From: Bacteroidota bacterium
GTDB taxonomy: Bacteria; Bacteroidota; Bacteroidia; Bacteroidales; GCA-2711565
DNA: 64,000 nt
Direction: 5' to 3'
Assembly: GCA_003353955.1 (NCBI GenBank)
Contig: PIVJ01000001.1
Coordinates: forward strand, 16,728-80,727
Position numbers and translations under genes: made by a program. Of the stretch, positions 47,253-57,336 are shown in pieces. The notes under the pieces are model-generated. The model was given only the letters and a program-made list of their open reading frames with translations. It did not search any database and had not been told where the DNA came from. Position 1 is the stretch's first letter. Every line of letters begins with the position of its first letter.

Positions 47253-48458
47253 TTAATCAACTTGACCGCTTAAATGTTTTAGTAATTCGTATTTATTTAA
47301 ACGGGTTAACTGAAGTTGATAATCCTTCTCGATGTTTAGTAAATTATCTTTTATTTCATACATTAATTTTAGTTCGATGAAATATTCTGTACTCGAAATT
47401 TCACCTTCTTCCAAAGCCTTTTCAATATTTTGCAGAAAGTTTAACTGATCCCATAAATCCTGGAATTTTTCCAATCTTATTTTGCTTGAAGTAAATTCAT
47501 CAAACAGAGATTTGGTTAGGAAAAAATGTTCATTTTCATGATCCACGATATTACTTTTCATGTGATCCATATTTATAATACTTTCTTTCACTTTGTTTTT
47601 ATTTTCCCAAAGAGGGATGGACATTCCCAGATGAATTCCGACTAATTTGTCCGACATTACCCGCTCTGATTTATAACCAATTTGGAAATCAGGAAGTGCA
47701 CCTGTTCGCGTTAACTTAACGTCTAATTCAGCGATGCCAATCTCTAATTCAATTAGTTTATTTAACGGGTCAATTTTTTCAATATGTTCAAATAATACAT
47801 CAAAAGATGACGGTATGCTCTGGACTAAATATTCAGTTTCAGTTGTTGTTATCACATTTCCCCCATTTAATTCTGTCAAATGATCTGTTTTTTGACTTAG
47901 TTGACTCTCCAATTGCAGTACTTCATTTTGGATTGATAGTTCACTGATTTTTGCTTTATCCAGTTCAAATTGTGTTGTGTAACCGTTGTCTAGTTTTGAC
48001 TGTAAATTGCTCACTAATTGTTGTGCATAATTGAGTCGCTCATTCAGTTCAAGTTTCTTTTTATTTAAATGAATGATTTCTACATAAACTAGTTTTGTTT
48101 CTAACAAAACTTCTAATTGAAATAAGGATCTGCGATATACAGTTTTTTCAATTTCCAGATTTGAGATCGTGTTTTTATATGCGTAACTGGCTGGAAATTT
48201 AAATCCTTGAGATATTTCAAACTCCTGGGCGAATCTGGTTGTACTATTCTTGTCCCATAAATATTCATATGAAACTGAAGGATTGTCCAAACTTAGTCCC
48301 GTTTTAACCTGAATATTCAATTTGTTTAAATAATAATTATTAGCCAGTATACTTTTGTTGTTTTTCAATATGGAAGCAAAAATATTTTCCAGGTTTTGAG
48401 CGGTTAATCCTGATCCACTCAGTAAACCAATGATGATTATATATATTATTTTTTTCAT
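47253..48458 (-). CDS. TolC-family outer-membrane factor
   Basis: 401 aa with signal peptide and TolC repeat pattern. Starts 5 nt after the RND stop. Confidence 0.75.
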   Translation of the reverse strand: MKKIIYIIIIGLLSGSGLTAQNLENIFASILKNNKSILANNYYLNKLNIQVKTGLSLDNPSVSYEYLWDKNSTTRFAQEFEISQGFKFPASYAYKNTISNLEIEKTVYRRSLFQLEVLLETKLVYVEIIHLNKKKLELNERLNYAQQLVSNLQSKLDNGYTTQFELDKAKISELSIQNEVLQLESQLSQKTDHLTELNGGNVITTTETEYLVQSIPSSFDVLFEHIEKIDPLNKLIELEIGIAELDVKLTRTGALPDFQIGYKSERVMSDKLVGIHLGMSIPLWENKNKVKESIINMDHMKSNIVDHENEHFFLTKSLFDEFTSSKIRLEKFQDLWDQLNFLQNIEKALEEGEISSTEYFIELKLMYEIKDNLLNIEKDYQLQLTRLNKYELLKHLSGQVD

Positions 48459-48463
48459 GTGTT

Positions 48464-51400
48464 TTATTTCTTTAGCGTTCGGTGAAACACGAGTGGAATG
48501 ATAAATAAATTAAGCAAGGTTGAAGTTAATAAGCCTCCCAATATTACGATTGCCATCGGGCTTTGAATTTCATTTCCCGGTTGATCGCCATTAAAAGCCA
48601 GTGGTGCCAGTGCCAAAGAAGCTGTTAATGCGGTCATTAAAATTGGATTTAAGCGATCTGATGATCCTTGAATAATGATGGATGTTTTGTCGAGCTGAGA
48701 GTCGGAAAGTGCAATATATCGCGACACAAGTAAGATTCCATTTCGGGTGGCAATACCGAATAGTGTGATAAATCCAATGATGGAGGGAATGCTAATTACG
48801 CCTGAAAACAACCAAATGGCAAATACACCGCCAATAATTGCTAATGGCAAGTTAAGTAAAACGATTCCTGCAATTCTTGTACTTTTAAATTCCTGATAAA
48901 GAATAAGGAAAATAATAAAGATCGCTCCAATGGTTGTCAATAAGAGTATTCTCGAAGCATTCGCTGCACTTTCAAACTGACCGCCATACTCGATGTGATA
49001 TCCTTTGGGAAGCACGATTGATTCTTCCACTTTTGTTCTGATATCTGCCGCAACACTACCCAAGTCACGCCCGGCAACATTTGTAGAAATTACAATCTTT
49101 CGTTCAATGTTTTCTCGGTTAATACTGTTAGGTCCGGATCCGGAAACCACATCTGCTACCTGAATTAAAGGAACTTTGTATCCGCCTGCAACGTCTATCT
49201 TAGCTGATTTGATGGCTTCCATCTTATCTCTGTACTTTTTATCAAAACGGAGGACTAAATCAAATTTTTGCTCATCTTCAAAAACATCAGAAACTTTCTC
49301 ACCGCCAATGGCAAAGTTTACAAAGTCGTTAAATTCTTTCAGTGTAATTCCATACCTGGCAAGCATTTCACGACGTGGTTTAATTTTCAATTGCGGTGTT
49401 TCAATTTGTTGTTCAACAAATAAATCTACTACACCATCAATTCCTTCAATTTCCGCTTTTATCTTTTGGGCGATCATGTACATATCTTGCAAATCATTGC
49501 CAAAAAGCTTAATTGCAATATTTGATCGGGTACCCGATAACATATGGTCAATGCGATGGGTAATGGGCTGACCAACTTCAATAATTATTCCGGGAATAGA
49601 CGATAACTCATGCCTGACTTCCTCCAGAAATTCATCTTTTGTGCGATCGGTTAAGGTGTACGGAACTTCAATTTCTGAAACATTTACACCAAAAGAATGT
49701 TCGGCTTGTTCCGCCCTGCCGGTTTTTCTGGAAGTGATTTTAATTTCGGGAATGGTAAGCAATATTTTTTCAGCATCTTTCCCAATTTTATCTGACTCAT
49801 CAAGTGATACTGCCGGATGAGTTGCTATATTAATCGTTAATGATCCTTCATTGAATGGAGGTAAGAATGTTCTTCCAAATGAGAATAAAAGAACCACAGA
49901 AATAATCAATAAGACGGAGGTAACGATAACGACAACTGTATTTAATTTTAGTGTCTTTTTTAATGCTTTCTCATACACGCTTTTTAAATTTCGAACCACC
50001 CAGTTATCCTTGTTAAAACGAAGCAATGATCGGTTATCAACTAACAAATAGCTACATAAAACAGGGGTAAGTGTTAATGCCACAATCAGGGAAGCAAATA
50101 GAGATACGATGAATGTAATACCCAAAGGTTGCAACATCCTTCCCTCCATTCCTCCTAAAAAGAATAAGGGAATAAAAGCAACTATGATGATTAAGGTGGC
50201 ATTTAAAATAGAGGCTCTGATTTCAAGCGAAGCCAGGTATATAACCTTGAGTTTTTTCTGTTGTTCTGCGATAGGCCTCAGGGCATTTTCTTTAAGGCGT
50301 TTATATACATTCTCGACATCAATAATGGCGTCATCAACGATGGCTCCAATAGCAATAGCCATACCTCCCAGGCTCATGGTGTTAATGGTCAATCCTAAAA
50401 ATTTTAAGGTTAAGGCGGCTATTATTAATGATAAAGGAATAGCAATAATGGTGATAAAAGTTGATCGCACATTCATTAAAAAGACAAACAAAATAACTAC
50501 AACGAGAAATGCTCCTTCAAATAATGCCACCTGCACATTATTAACAGCATTATTAATAAAATGGGCTTGCTCAAATATATTTTCATGAACCTGAACTGAA
50601 GAAGGTAATTCTGCCCTAAGTTCACTAAGGGTGAGGTGTATATTTTTGGTAAGACCAAGGGTGTTAATATTGGGTTGTTTACTCAGGGTAACAATCACAG
50701 CACGCTCACCATTATAAGATCCTTGGCCAATATTTGGGGCTGTCCCGATAGTAACTTTGGCCACATCTTTTATTCTGATCGACGAACCGTTTATAGTTTT
50801 AATAACGGTATTGGAAATCATTTCAGGATCATTTGTCCTGACAATTCCTCTTACTAAATATCGATTCGAGTATTCATCAATAAAGCTACCTGAAGAGTTT
50901 TGATTAATGTCTTCACAGGAGGCAATTAATTCTGATAATGTAACGCCGAGGTATTCCATTTTATGAGGATTCGCCAAGATCTGATATTGTTTAATCTCAC
51001 CCCCGATAATGGTTACTTGGGATATTCCCGGAACGGATAATAGTCGAGGTCGAAATTCCCAATCAGCCATTGTCCGCAACTCCATCTGACTCAAAGAATC
51101 AGAGGTTATGCCAAAAGTCATTACTTCTCCCAATAAAGAAGTTTGAGGTGCCAGTATTGGTTTTTCAATATTTTCAGGAAGGATTTCTATAATGGTGGCC
51201 AAACGTTCGTTAATGGTTTGTCGGGCTTGGTAAATATCTGTTCCCCAATCAAATTCTGCCCAAACAACAGAAAATCCCATTGATGAGGATGACCTGACTC
51301 TACGTAAATTATTTGAACCATTAATGGCCGTTTCAATTGGAAAGGTTACCATTCGTTCAAGTTCTTCCGGTGCCATGTCATGAGCCTCAGTCATAATTAC

Positions 51401-51544
51401 AACCGTTGGTGCATTTAAATCAGGGAAGATATCTATTTCAAGGGTCTTCCAAACATAACCACCGGAGATTAGGACAATCATTACTGATGCTAAAATGATT
51501 AACCTGTTTTTTAGTGAAAAATCTATAATTTTATTTATCATCAT
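48464..51544 (-). CDS. CzcA/CusA-family heavy-metal efflux RND permease
   Basis: 1026 aa, 12-TM RND layout. GGMAIAIGAIVDDAIIDVENV block typical of HME-RND. Confidence 0.9.
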   Translation of the reverse strand: MMINKIIDFSLKNRLIILASVMIVLISGGYVWKTLEIDIFPDLNAPTVVIMTEAHDMAPEELERMVTFPIETAINGSNNLRRVRSSSSMGFSVVWAEFDWGTDIYQARQTINERLATIIEILPENIEKPILAPQTSLLGEVMTFGITSDSLSQMELRTMADWEFRPRLLSVPGISQVTIIGGEIKQYQILANPHKMEYLGVTLSELIASCEDINQNSSGSFIDEYSNRYLVRGIVRTNDPEMISNTVIKTINGSSIRIKDVAKVTIGTAPNIGQGSYNGERAVIVTLSKQPNINTLGLTKNIHLTLSELRAELPSSVQVHENIFEQAHFINNAVNNVQVALFEGAFLVVVILFVFLMNVRSTFITIIAIPLSLIIAALTLKFLGLTINTMSLGGMAIAIGAIVDDAIIDVENVYKRLKENALRPIAEQQKKLKVIYLASLEIRASILNATLIIIVAFIPLFFLGGMEGRMLQPLGITFIVSLFASLIVALTLTPVLCSYLLVDNRSLLRFNKDNWVVRNLKSVYEKALKKTLKLNTVVVIVTSVLLIISVVLLFSFGRTFLPPFNEGSLTINIATHPAVSLDESDKIGKDAEKILLTIPEIKITSRKTGRAEQAEHSFGVNVSEIEVPYTLTDRTKDEFLEEVRHELSSIPGIIIEVGQPITHRIDHMLSGTRSNIAIKLFGNDLQDMYMIAQKIKAEIEGIDGVVDLFVEQQIETPQLKIKPRREMLARYGITLKEFNDFVNFAIGGEKVSDVFEDEQKFDLVLRFDKKYRDKMEAIKSAKIDVAGGYKVPLIQVADVVSGSGPNSINRENIERKIVISTNVAGRDLGSVAADIRTKVEESIVLPKGYHIEYGGQFESAANASRILLLTTIGAIFIIFLILYQEFKSTRIAGIVLLNLPLAIIGGVFAIWLFSGVISIPSIIGFITLFGIATRNGILLVSRYIALSDSQLDKTSIIIQGSSDRLNPILMTALTASLALAPLAFNGDQPGNEIQSPMAIVILGGLLTSTLLNLFIIPLVFHRTLKK

Positions 51545-51574
51545 TAAATTTCTTAAATTCAGTGTGTAATCATT

Positions 51575-53074
51575 CTAATGAACATGTCCGTGTGATGGTA
51601 ACTCTCCAGATAAAGAAGTCAGCTTAATTCGATAAGCACCTTTGATGACAATTCGATCCCCTGCTTCTAAACCACTTAGTACAATGGCAAATTCTCCGTC
51701 GTTGCCACCAATGTGTACATCCTTACTGATATAGGTTTCACCATTTTCCTGACTAAAAACATGAAAATGACCCTCACTTTCAATTAAGGCTGATAAAGGA
51801 ACGCATACTTTATTCTCTATCGCATTGGTTTTAAGAAAGACTTCAGTAAATAAATTGGCTGTTAAATCACCGGGATTATCAATCTCAAAATATATTGAGA
51901 TGTAGGCATTATCAGCCGAAGGTAAGCTTGAGTAAGAAAGAATTCTTCCATTCAATGCCTGAGTTGAATATAATTTTTCGATCCCACCGATTTTAAAATT
52001 TGCAGCAATAATGTTTCTTGCTTCGTGTATATTTTGTTGAGGTAAATCGACTTTTAAAATTAATTTTTCTATTTGAATGACCTGAGCAATTTTTTGACCT
52101 TCAGTCACGAATTCACCCCTTGTGACTTCTATGGATGAAAGTATGCCTGATTTTGAAGCTTTAATAATTCTTTTCCCATTGGAGAAGTTTTTGCTGATCA
52201 CTTCAAATTCCAATTGTGCTGTTTCATATTTCAGTTTAACTTCTTGAAAATCTTTATCTGAAATAATGTTCTTTTTAACCAACTCTTCTGCACGCTTAAA
52301 ATCAATAGTAGCTTTATGGTAAACTGCTTTTGCAGCGGCATATTTGGTTTTTAAATTATTGGACGTTAAATCTCCCGATTCTACGATAAAAAGTATTTCC
52401 CCTTTCTTTACCTTTTGTCCCGGTATTAAATTTCCATTAAAATCAATCAAGCCTTCAGTTGGGGCAATTAATGAAGATTTAGCAGTGGGCAAAGCTTCCA
52501 GCTTACCAGAGGTTGTGATGATAGCATTAAAAGGATTTATAGTAAGCTCCATCGTTTGGAAATCTGTACCCCAAGATTGTTCTTTCGTGAATATAATATC
52601 TTCTGCGTCATGCTCATGACTGACTTGAGACTCAAAATAAGCCTTAGCTTCATCATCATTTTTAAAGATTTGTTGAGAATTAATATTGAACTCTTCACCC
52701 CTAAAGCTAATCATTAGATTAACATCCTCAGCAGTATCCGGCGCAAAAGTAAAACGGTAAATACCTGGGGAACTGGGCGCTTCCATCGTCTTGTTAAATC
52801 GGGTATTTGCCCCTGTAATGGCAAGGCTCAGCTCACCGTTAAGCATGGGTTTGTAATTAGCCAACTTAGTTACATGCACCAAGATATCACTCGAATGATG
52901 CAAGGTAAATGCAGCAAATTCTATGAATAATTCTAAGTCAGGAGTGAAAATAGTGAAGGTTATAGATTCTTGTTTGTGCGTATTCACGGGTGCTGCATCT
53001 TTAATTGATTGTTGACAACCACCTATAAAAAAGGATACGAATACAATAATTAGTATATTTTTCGATTTGTTCAT
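51575..53074 (-). CDS. RND periplasmic adaptor with extra N-terminal Ig-like domain and His-rich C-terminus
   Basis: 499 aa. Lipobox-like FIGGC. N-terminal ~140 aa beta-rich (..SPGIYRFTFAP..), MFP core, C-terminal LPSHGHVH. Confidence 0.8.
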   Translation of the reverse strand: MNKSKNILIIVFVSFFIGGCQQSIKDAAPVNTHKQESITFTIFTPDLELFIEFAAFTLHHSSDILVHVTKLANYKPMLNGELSLAITGANTRFNKTMEAPSSPGIYRFTFAPDTAEDVNLMISFRGEEFNINSQQIFKNDDEAKAYFESQVSHEHDAEDIIFTKEQSWGTDFQTMELTINPFNAIITTSGKLEALPTAKSSLIAPTEGLIDFNGNLIPGQKVKKGEILFIVESGDLTSNNLKTKYAAAKAVYHKATIDFKRAEELVKKNIISDKDFQEVKLKYETAQLEFEVISKNFSNGKRIIKASKSGILSSIEVTRGEFVTEGQKIAQVIQIEKLILKVDLPQQNIHEARNIIAANFKIGGIEKLYSTQALNGRILSYSSLPSADNAYISIYFEIDNPGDLTANLFTEVFLKTNAIENKVCVPLSALIESEGHFHVFSQENGETYISKDVHIGGNDGEFAIVLSGLEAGDRIVIKGAYRIKLTSLSGELPSHGHVH

Positions 53075-53141
53075 AATTAAATAATTAGAAAAAGTATCTG
53101 TTGGTATAATTGACTTGAAATAAACTTGAGCGTATATTGGG

Positions 53142-53558
53142 TTAGCAAACGGGGGGGGCTCGGAGCCCTACAGAGGAATATTGATTTTCGATTAATATCG
53201 GTGATTCGATAATCATTGCCAATGTAATTAATCCTTCTGAATAGATAGTAAAATCAGCATTTTGCTGAAGTTCCAGTTTTATAACCTGACCATTATCGGA
53301 GGTTGTAATATAATCATGATGAAGTTCGGTATTGATTTGATTGCAAAGCAAACAACAATAATGATCTTCAAGGCCTAAAGAATTGTGATCAAACTCTTCG
53401 GAACAATTGTGATTATCCCCACAGAAGTGAACGGAATAAGATGAAATCAGCTCATTATTATGATGATGGTGAGGAGTAAATCCATGCATCAAAAAGAACC
53501 CAAATACAACCAATTGTAAGTAGCTAAATATTTTGTAAATGAAATTTTTAGTGGCCAT
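53142..53558 (-). CDS. Small membrane-anchored His/Cys-rich protein, operon leader gene (paralog of 46796..47173)
   Basis: 138 aa. N-terminal helix, HHHH run, VHFCGDNHNC (compare KHYCGDNLV), DHYCCLLC, C-terminal ..RAPPVC. Confidence 0.5.
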   Translation of the reverse strand: MATKNFIYKIFSYLQLVVFGFFLMHGFTPHHHHNNELISSYSVHFCGDNHNCSEEFDHNSLGLEDHYCCLLCNQINTELHHDYITTSDNGQVIKLELQQNADFTIYSEGLITLAMIIESPILIENQYSSVGLRAPPVC

Positions 53559-53692
53559 GAGAACAATTCTGATGCGAAGATATTAATTTTTTAAGATTAT
53601 CATTTTAGGTCAGTTATAAATTTTTTATTATAAATGACCAGTTTAGTGTGGGGAATTGCCAATTTCACAGCAATTTTTATCTATAAAAATGT

Positions 53693-53700
53693 TAAATTTG
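53693..53700 (+). promoter_or_regulatory. -7 box TAAATTTG for the acyl-CoA operon
   Basis: 28 nt upstream of the ATG at 53728. Confidence 0.45.
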
Positions 53701-53727
53701 AAGGATACAAATAAATAATATTAATCT

Positions 53728-54495
53728 ATGGATTATCAAAATCTAATAATTGAGAAAAAAGAAGGTATCGCCTTAGTTACTATTAACAGACCTAAAGCAT
53801 TAAATGCATTAAATACACGTTTCTTTAATGAGATGGATCATTTTGTAGGTTTGGTTAAGGATGATAAGGAAATACAAATTGTTATTATTACGGGAACAGG
53901 AAAAGCCTTTGTAGCAGGTGCAGATATTTCCGAAATGGTTGATCAAAGCCCTGAGGAAGGAACCGCATTTTCAAAATTAGGACAAAAAACGTTTAGCAGT
54001 TTGGAAAAACTTAAGATTCCGGTAATTGCAGCGGTGAATGGTTTCGCGTTGGGTGGTGGACTCGAATTAGCCCTGGGTTGCGATTTCAGGATTGCGAGTA
54101 CAAAAGCCAAATTCGGGCAACCGGAAGTCAACCTGGGAATGATACCCGGTTATGCAGGAACTCAGCGATTACCACGTTTACTTGGAATGGCCGATGCGTT
54201 ATATCTACTCATGACAGCGGATATAATTAATGCAGAAGAAGCACTGCGAATAGGACTCGTACAAAAAGTTGTTGAGCCCGAAGAGTTAATGGAAGAGGTT
54301 TTTAAAATTGCCAAGAATATTCAATCTAAAGGCCCGGAAGCGATCAAGAAAGTAAAATATGTAACTCGTCAGGGGATGAAATCATCTTTTGAAAAAGGAT
54401 GTGAATTGGAAGCTGAATATTTTGGCACTCAATTTAAGGCAGAAGGAGAAGAAGGAATGAAGGCGTTTTTGGAGAAACGAAAACCCAATTGGTAG
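53728..54495 (+). CDS. Enoyl-CoA hydratase (crotonase)
   Basis: 255 aa. FVAGADISEM, NGFALGGGLELAL, and a crotonase C-terminus. Confidence 0.85.
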   Translation: MDYQNLIIEKKEGIALVTINRPKALNALNTRFFNEMDHFVGLVKDDKEIQIVIITGTGKAFVAGADISEMVDQSPEEGTAFSKLGQKTFSSLEKLKIPVIAAVNGFALGGGLELALGCDFRIASTKAKFGQPEVNLGMIPGYAGTQRLPRLLGMADALYLLMTADIINAEEALRIGLVQKVVEPEELMEEVFKIAKNIQSKGPEAIKKVKYVTRQGMKSSFEKGCELEAEYFGTQFKAEGEEGMKAFLEKRKPNW

Positions 54496-54546
54496 AAATA
54501 GGACAATAAACATCTGATGTAGCTAAATATAAAATATACACAAATT

Positions 54547-55887
54547 ATGAATTACGAAGAAAGATTAAGAAATGTAACCGTAATGGGAGCGGCCGGTAAA
54601 ATGGGTAGCGGAATTTTATTACTCACCGCCATTGAAATGGCAGATTTGAGCTTGCAGCCAGAGAATAAAGGCAAGCCGTTTTGCTTGAATGCAATGGATC
54701 TATCTCAAGAAGGTTTAGCAGGATTACTGAAATATTTAAAAGTTCAGGTAACCAAAATAGCGGAGAAAAAGATTGTTTTGTTGCGAAAAATGTATGAAGA
54801 CAGGACTGATTTGATAGAAAATAAAGACATGATCGATCAGTATGTTTTTGATGTAATTAGCGTTGTTCGGCCTACCATAAAAATTGAATCTGCCTATGAA
54901 TCAAATCTGATATTTGAAGCGGTTAGTGAAAATAAGGATTTGAAAATAAAGTTGCTTTCTCAAATTGACCAGAATAATTCAAACTCCCCTTGGTTTTTTA
55001 CAAATACTTCTTCAGTTCCAATAAATCTTATTAATGATGGAGCAAAATTAAATGGTCGCATATTAGGATTCCATTTTTATAACCCTCCGGCTGTACAAAA
55101 ATTGGTTGAAGTGATTTTGCCAAACAAGCCTGCCAATGGGATGGAAGAATTTGCCAAAACCTATGCGAAAAACTTGAAAAAAATTGTTGTTCCATCAAAT
55201 GATTACGCCGGATTTATTGGCAATGGTCATTTTATGCGTGATGCCTTATACGGGATAACGCAGATGAACCAATTGACCAAAGAGTATTCATTTACCGAAT
55301 CAGTTTATTTGATCAATAAAGTTTCTCAGGATTATCTTGTTCGTCCAATGGGAATTTTTCAATTAATCGACTATGTGGGAATTGATGTGGTTCAATTTAT
55401 CATGAATGTAATGAACCCCTTCCTTAAAGATGAAGATTTGCATAGTGATTTATTAGATCAAATGATTGAACTAGGAGTTAAAGGTGGCCAACATTCGAAT
55501 GGATCGCAAAAAGATGGATTTTTAAAATATGAGAAAGGAAAGCCGGTTGCAATCTATAACCCTAAAACTAAAGCTTACGAAACCATTGCAGCTTTTCAGA
55601 AAAAATGTGATATAGCATTAGGTAAACATCCTAATCCGAGGGTTTCATGGAAATCGGTAATTCGCCGCAAAGACAAGAATGAAGTATTCTTGGAGTTCTT
55701 TAGTACCATGAAATCAATGTCGGATATGGGTGCAAAAATTGGAATGAAATACGGTAAACGATCAAATGAAATTGGTCGCAAACTTGTAACCGATCATGTA
55801 GCAAATTCTGAAGCGGACGTAAATACAGTGATGTTAACTGGCTTCTTTCATGCCTACGGACCGATCAATGACTATTTTGTTTTTTAA
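54547..55887 (+). CDS. 3-hydroxyacyl-CoA dehydrogenase family protein (long 446-aa form)
   Basis: N-terminal Rossmann VTVMGAAGKMGSG. HFYNPP motif (normally HFFNP). Extended C-terminal region. Confidence 0.7.
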   Translation: MNYEERLRNVTVMGAAGKMGSGILLLTAIEMADLSLQPENKGKPFCLNAMDLSQEGLAGLLKYLKVQVTKIAEKKIVLLRKMYEDRTDLIENKDMIDQYVFDVISVVRPTIKIESAYESNLIFEAVSENKDLKIKLLSQIDQNNSNSPWFFTNTSSVPINLINDGAKLNGRILGFHFYNPPAVQKLVEVILPNKPANGMEEFAKTYAKNLKKIVVPSNDYAGFIGNGHFMRDALYGITQMNQLTKEYSFTESVYLINKVSQDYLVRPMGIFQLIDYVGIDVVQFIMNVMNPFLKDEDLHSDLLDQMIELGVKGGQHSNGSQKDGFLKYEKGKPVAIYNPKTKAYETIAAFQKKCDIALGKHPNPRVSWKSVIRRKDKNEVFLEFFSTMKSMSDMGAKIGMKYGKRSNEIGRKLVTDHVANSEADVNTVMLTGFFHAYGPINDYFVF

Positions 55888-55894
55888 ATATTAA

Positions 55895-57145
55895 ATGATG
55901 AAAAAACTAAGAAAAAAAGTATATATAGCAGCAGGATATAATACAATATCAATGGGTACAGGACGAAGTGAATTTAACCCTAAAAAAGAGCGACCCGGAT
56001 TGGAGCATTATATTAAAGAAGCCGGGCAAGCAACCATAAAGCAAATAAATGATGCCGCAAATATTGATGAAGGAGTCATTGGAAATTTCATGGCTGCTCG
56101 TTTTAATAAACAAGCCAACTTACCGGGTTTCATCCCTTTTATTGATGAAAAACTTCAATGGAAACCGGCGATCAGTGTTGAGGGTGCATGCGGATCAGGT
56201 GGTTTGGCATTGGTCACAGGACTAAAATCTGTATTAGCCGAAACTGCAGATGCTGTGCTGGTACTTGGGGTAGAGGTTCAAAATACCATGAAAGCTATTT
56301 ATGGAGCAGATGTATTGGCAGGTGCCGGATGGTATAAAAAAAGAAAAGAAGGTCATGCCTATTTCTTCCCCGGTCAATTCAGTAATCGCGCAGGAGCCTA
56401 TTACGAAAAATATGGAATGGACTATGCCCGCGAAGGATTAAAAAGATGGTTTGTAAATGCCATGGAAAATGCCCGACTATGCCCAACAGCACAGGAATAT
56501 GAAAGCAAAGAAACTGATTTGTATAAGCTGTACGATAAATTCAACCCCAATGGTGCAAATTTCGTTGATAACCTGACTGTACTTGATTGTTCAAAAGTTT
56601 CTGATGGAGCATCATCAATTATTATGGCTTCTGAAGAAGGATTGATAAAGCTAGGGATTGATAAAAAGGATGCTGTCGAGATTGTAGGATGGGCTCAGGT
56701 GGAACGAAATATTACTCACGAACCTGAAAATTTAACAGAACTAATTACAATTAAAAAAGCGGCCAAAGAAGCATTGGACTCAGCCGGTTTGATTATAGAT
56801 GATCTTGGTACGATAGAAACCCACGATTGTTTCTCTATTGCAGGCATACTTGGTGTTGAAGCAATAGGATTTGCTGAACCCGGAAAAGGAGCCCAATTTG
56901 TGGCTGATGGCCATACAGCCAGAGACGGTAAAATCCCGATAAACACAACAGGTGGTTTAATTGGCTGGGGGCATCCAACTGGTGCTACCGGAGTTCATCA
57001 AGCGGTAACTATTTGGGAACAGCTCACCGAAAAAGCCGGAGATGCTCAAATTGAGATTAATCCTGATCGACCTTACGGGATGACCATTAACATGGGTGGC
57101 GATGATGTTACAGTGATTGCCATGATTTATAAAAAAGCTGAATAA
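55895..57145 (+). CDS. Thiolase-family protein (SCP-x/archaeal-type acetyl-CoA C-acyltransferase)
   Basis: 416 aa. Nucleophile region SVEGACGSGG, C-terminal ETHDCFS and GGLIGWGHPTGATG. Confidence 0.75.
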   Translation: MMKKLRKKVYIAAGYNTISMGTGRSEFNPKKERPGLEHYIKEAGQATIKQINDAANIDEGVIGNFMAARFNKQANLPGFIPFIDEKLQWKPAISVEGACGSGGLALVTGLKSVLAETADAVLVLGVEVQNTMKAIYGADVLAGAGWYKKRKEGHAYFFPGQFSNRAGAYYEKYGMDYAREGLKRWFVNAMENARLCPTAQEYESKETDLYKLYDKFNPNGANFVDNLTVLDCSKVSDGASSIIMASEEGLIKLGIDKKDAVEIVGWAQVERNITHEPENLTELITIKKAAKEALDSAGLIIDDLGTIETHDCFSIAGILGVEAIGFAEPGKGAQFVADGHTARDGKIPINTTGGLIGWGHPTGATGVHQAVTIWEQLTEKAGDAQIEINPDRPYGMTINMGGDDVTVIAMIYKKAE

Positions 57146-57156
57146 AGCAATTTGAT

Positions 57157-57175
57157 AATTTGCTGATGTGCTAAT
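57157..57175 (+). repeat. Solo GCTAAT-type repeat (aatttgctgatgtgctaat)
   Basis: Matches the repeats flanking the four-helix-bundle gene. The similarity extends leftwards (aaagcaattt..). Confidence 0.6.
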
Positions 57176-57180
57176 AAGAA

Positions 57181-57209
57181 CCTTCCGAAAGTTTTAAACT
57201 CTCGGAAGG
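57181..57209 (+). terminator. Terminator hairpin after the thiolase gene
   Basis: CCTTCCGA-13 nt loop-TCGGAAGG followed by ctctttctt. Confidence 0.5.
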
Positions 57210-57336
57210 CTCTTTCTTAAAAAGTGACGGTGTCCTGAAAAACAAAGAATTAATTTCATCCAACATCTTTCAGCCATTTCAGTTATTTTAATTAATTTAG
57301 TTTCTTATAAGTGTAGATATCCTAAAACCATTAGAT

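Noticed and set aside
49176-50588. Plus-strand ORFs of 131, 66 and 159 aa inside the RND gene. The same applies to other track ORFs antisense to, or out of frame within, strong genes: 332..517, 1409..1624, 1927..2416, 4537..4961, 8075..8398, 10926..11174, 15550..15930, 45370..45651, 52344..52619, 57489..57864, 58326..58966, 60478..60819, 60970..61155.
   Set aside because: They overlap strongly supported genes and have low-complexity, Ser/Ile/Lys-biased composition. None shows a recognisable motif. They are typical spurious shadow ORFs in AT-rich DNA.
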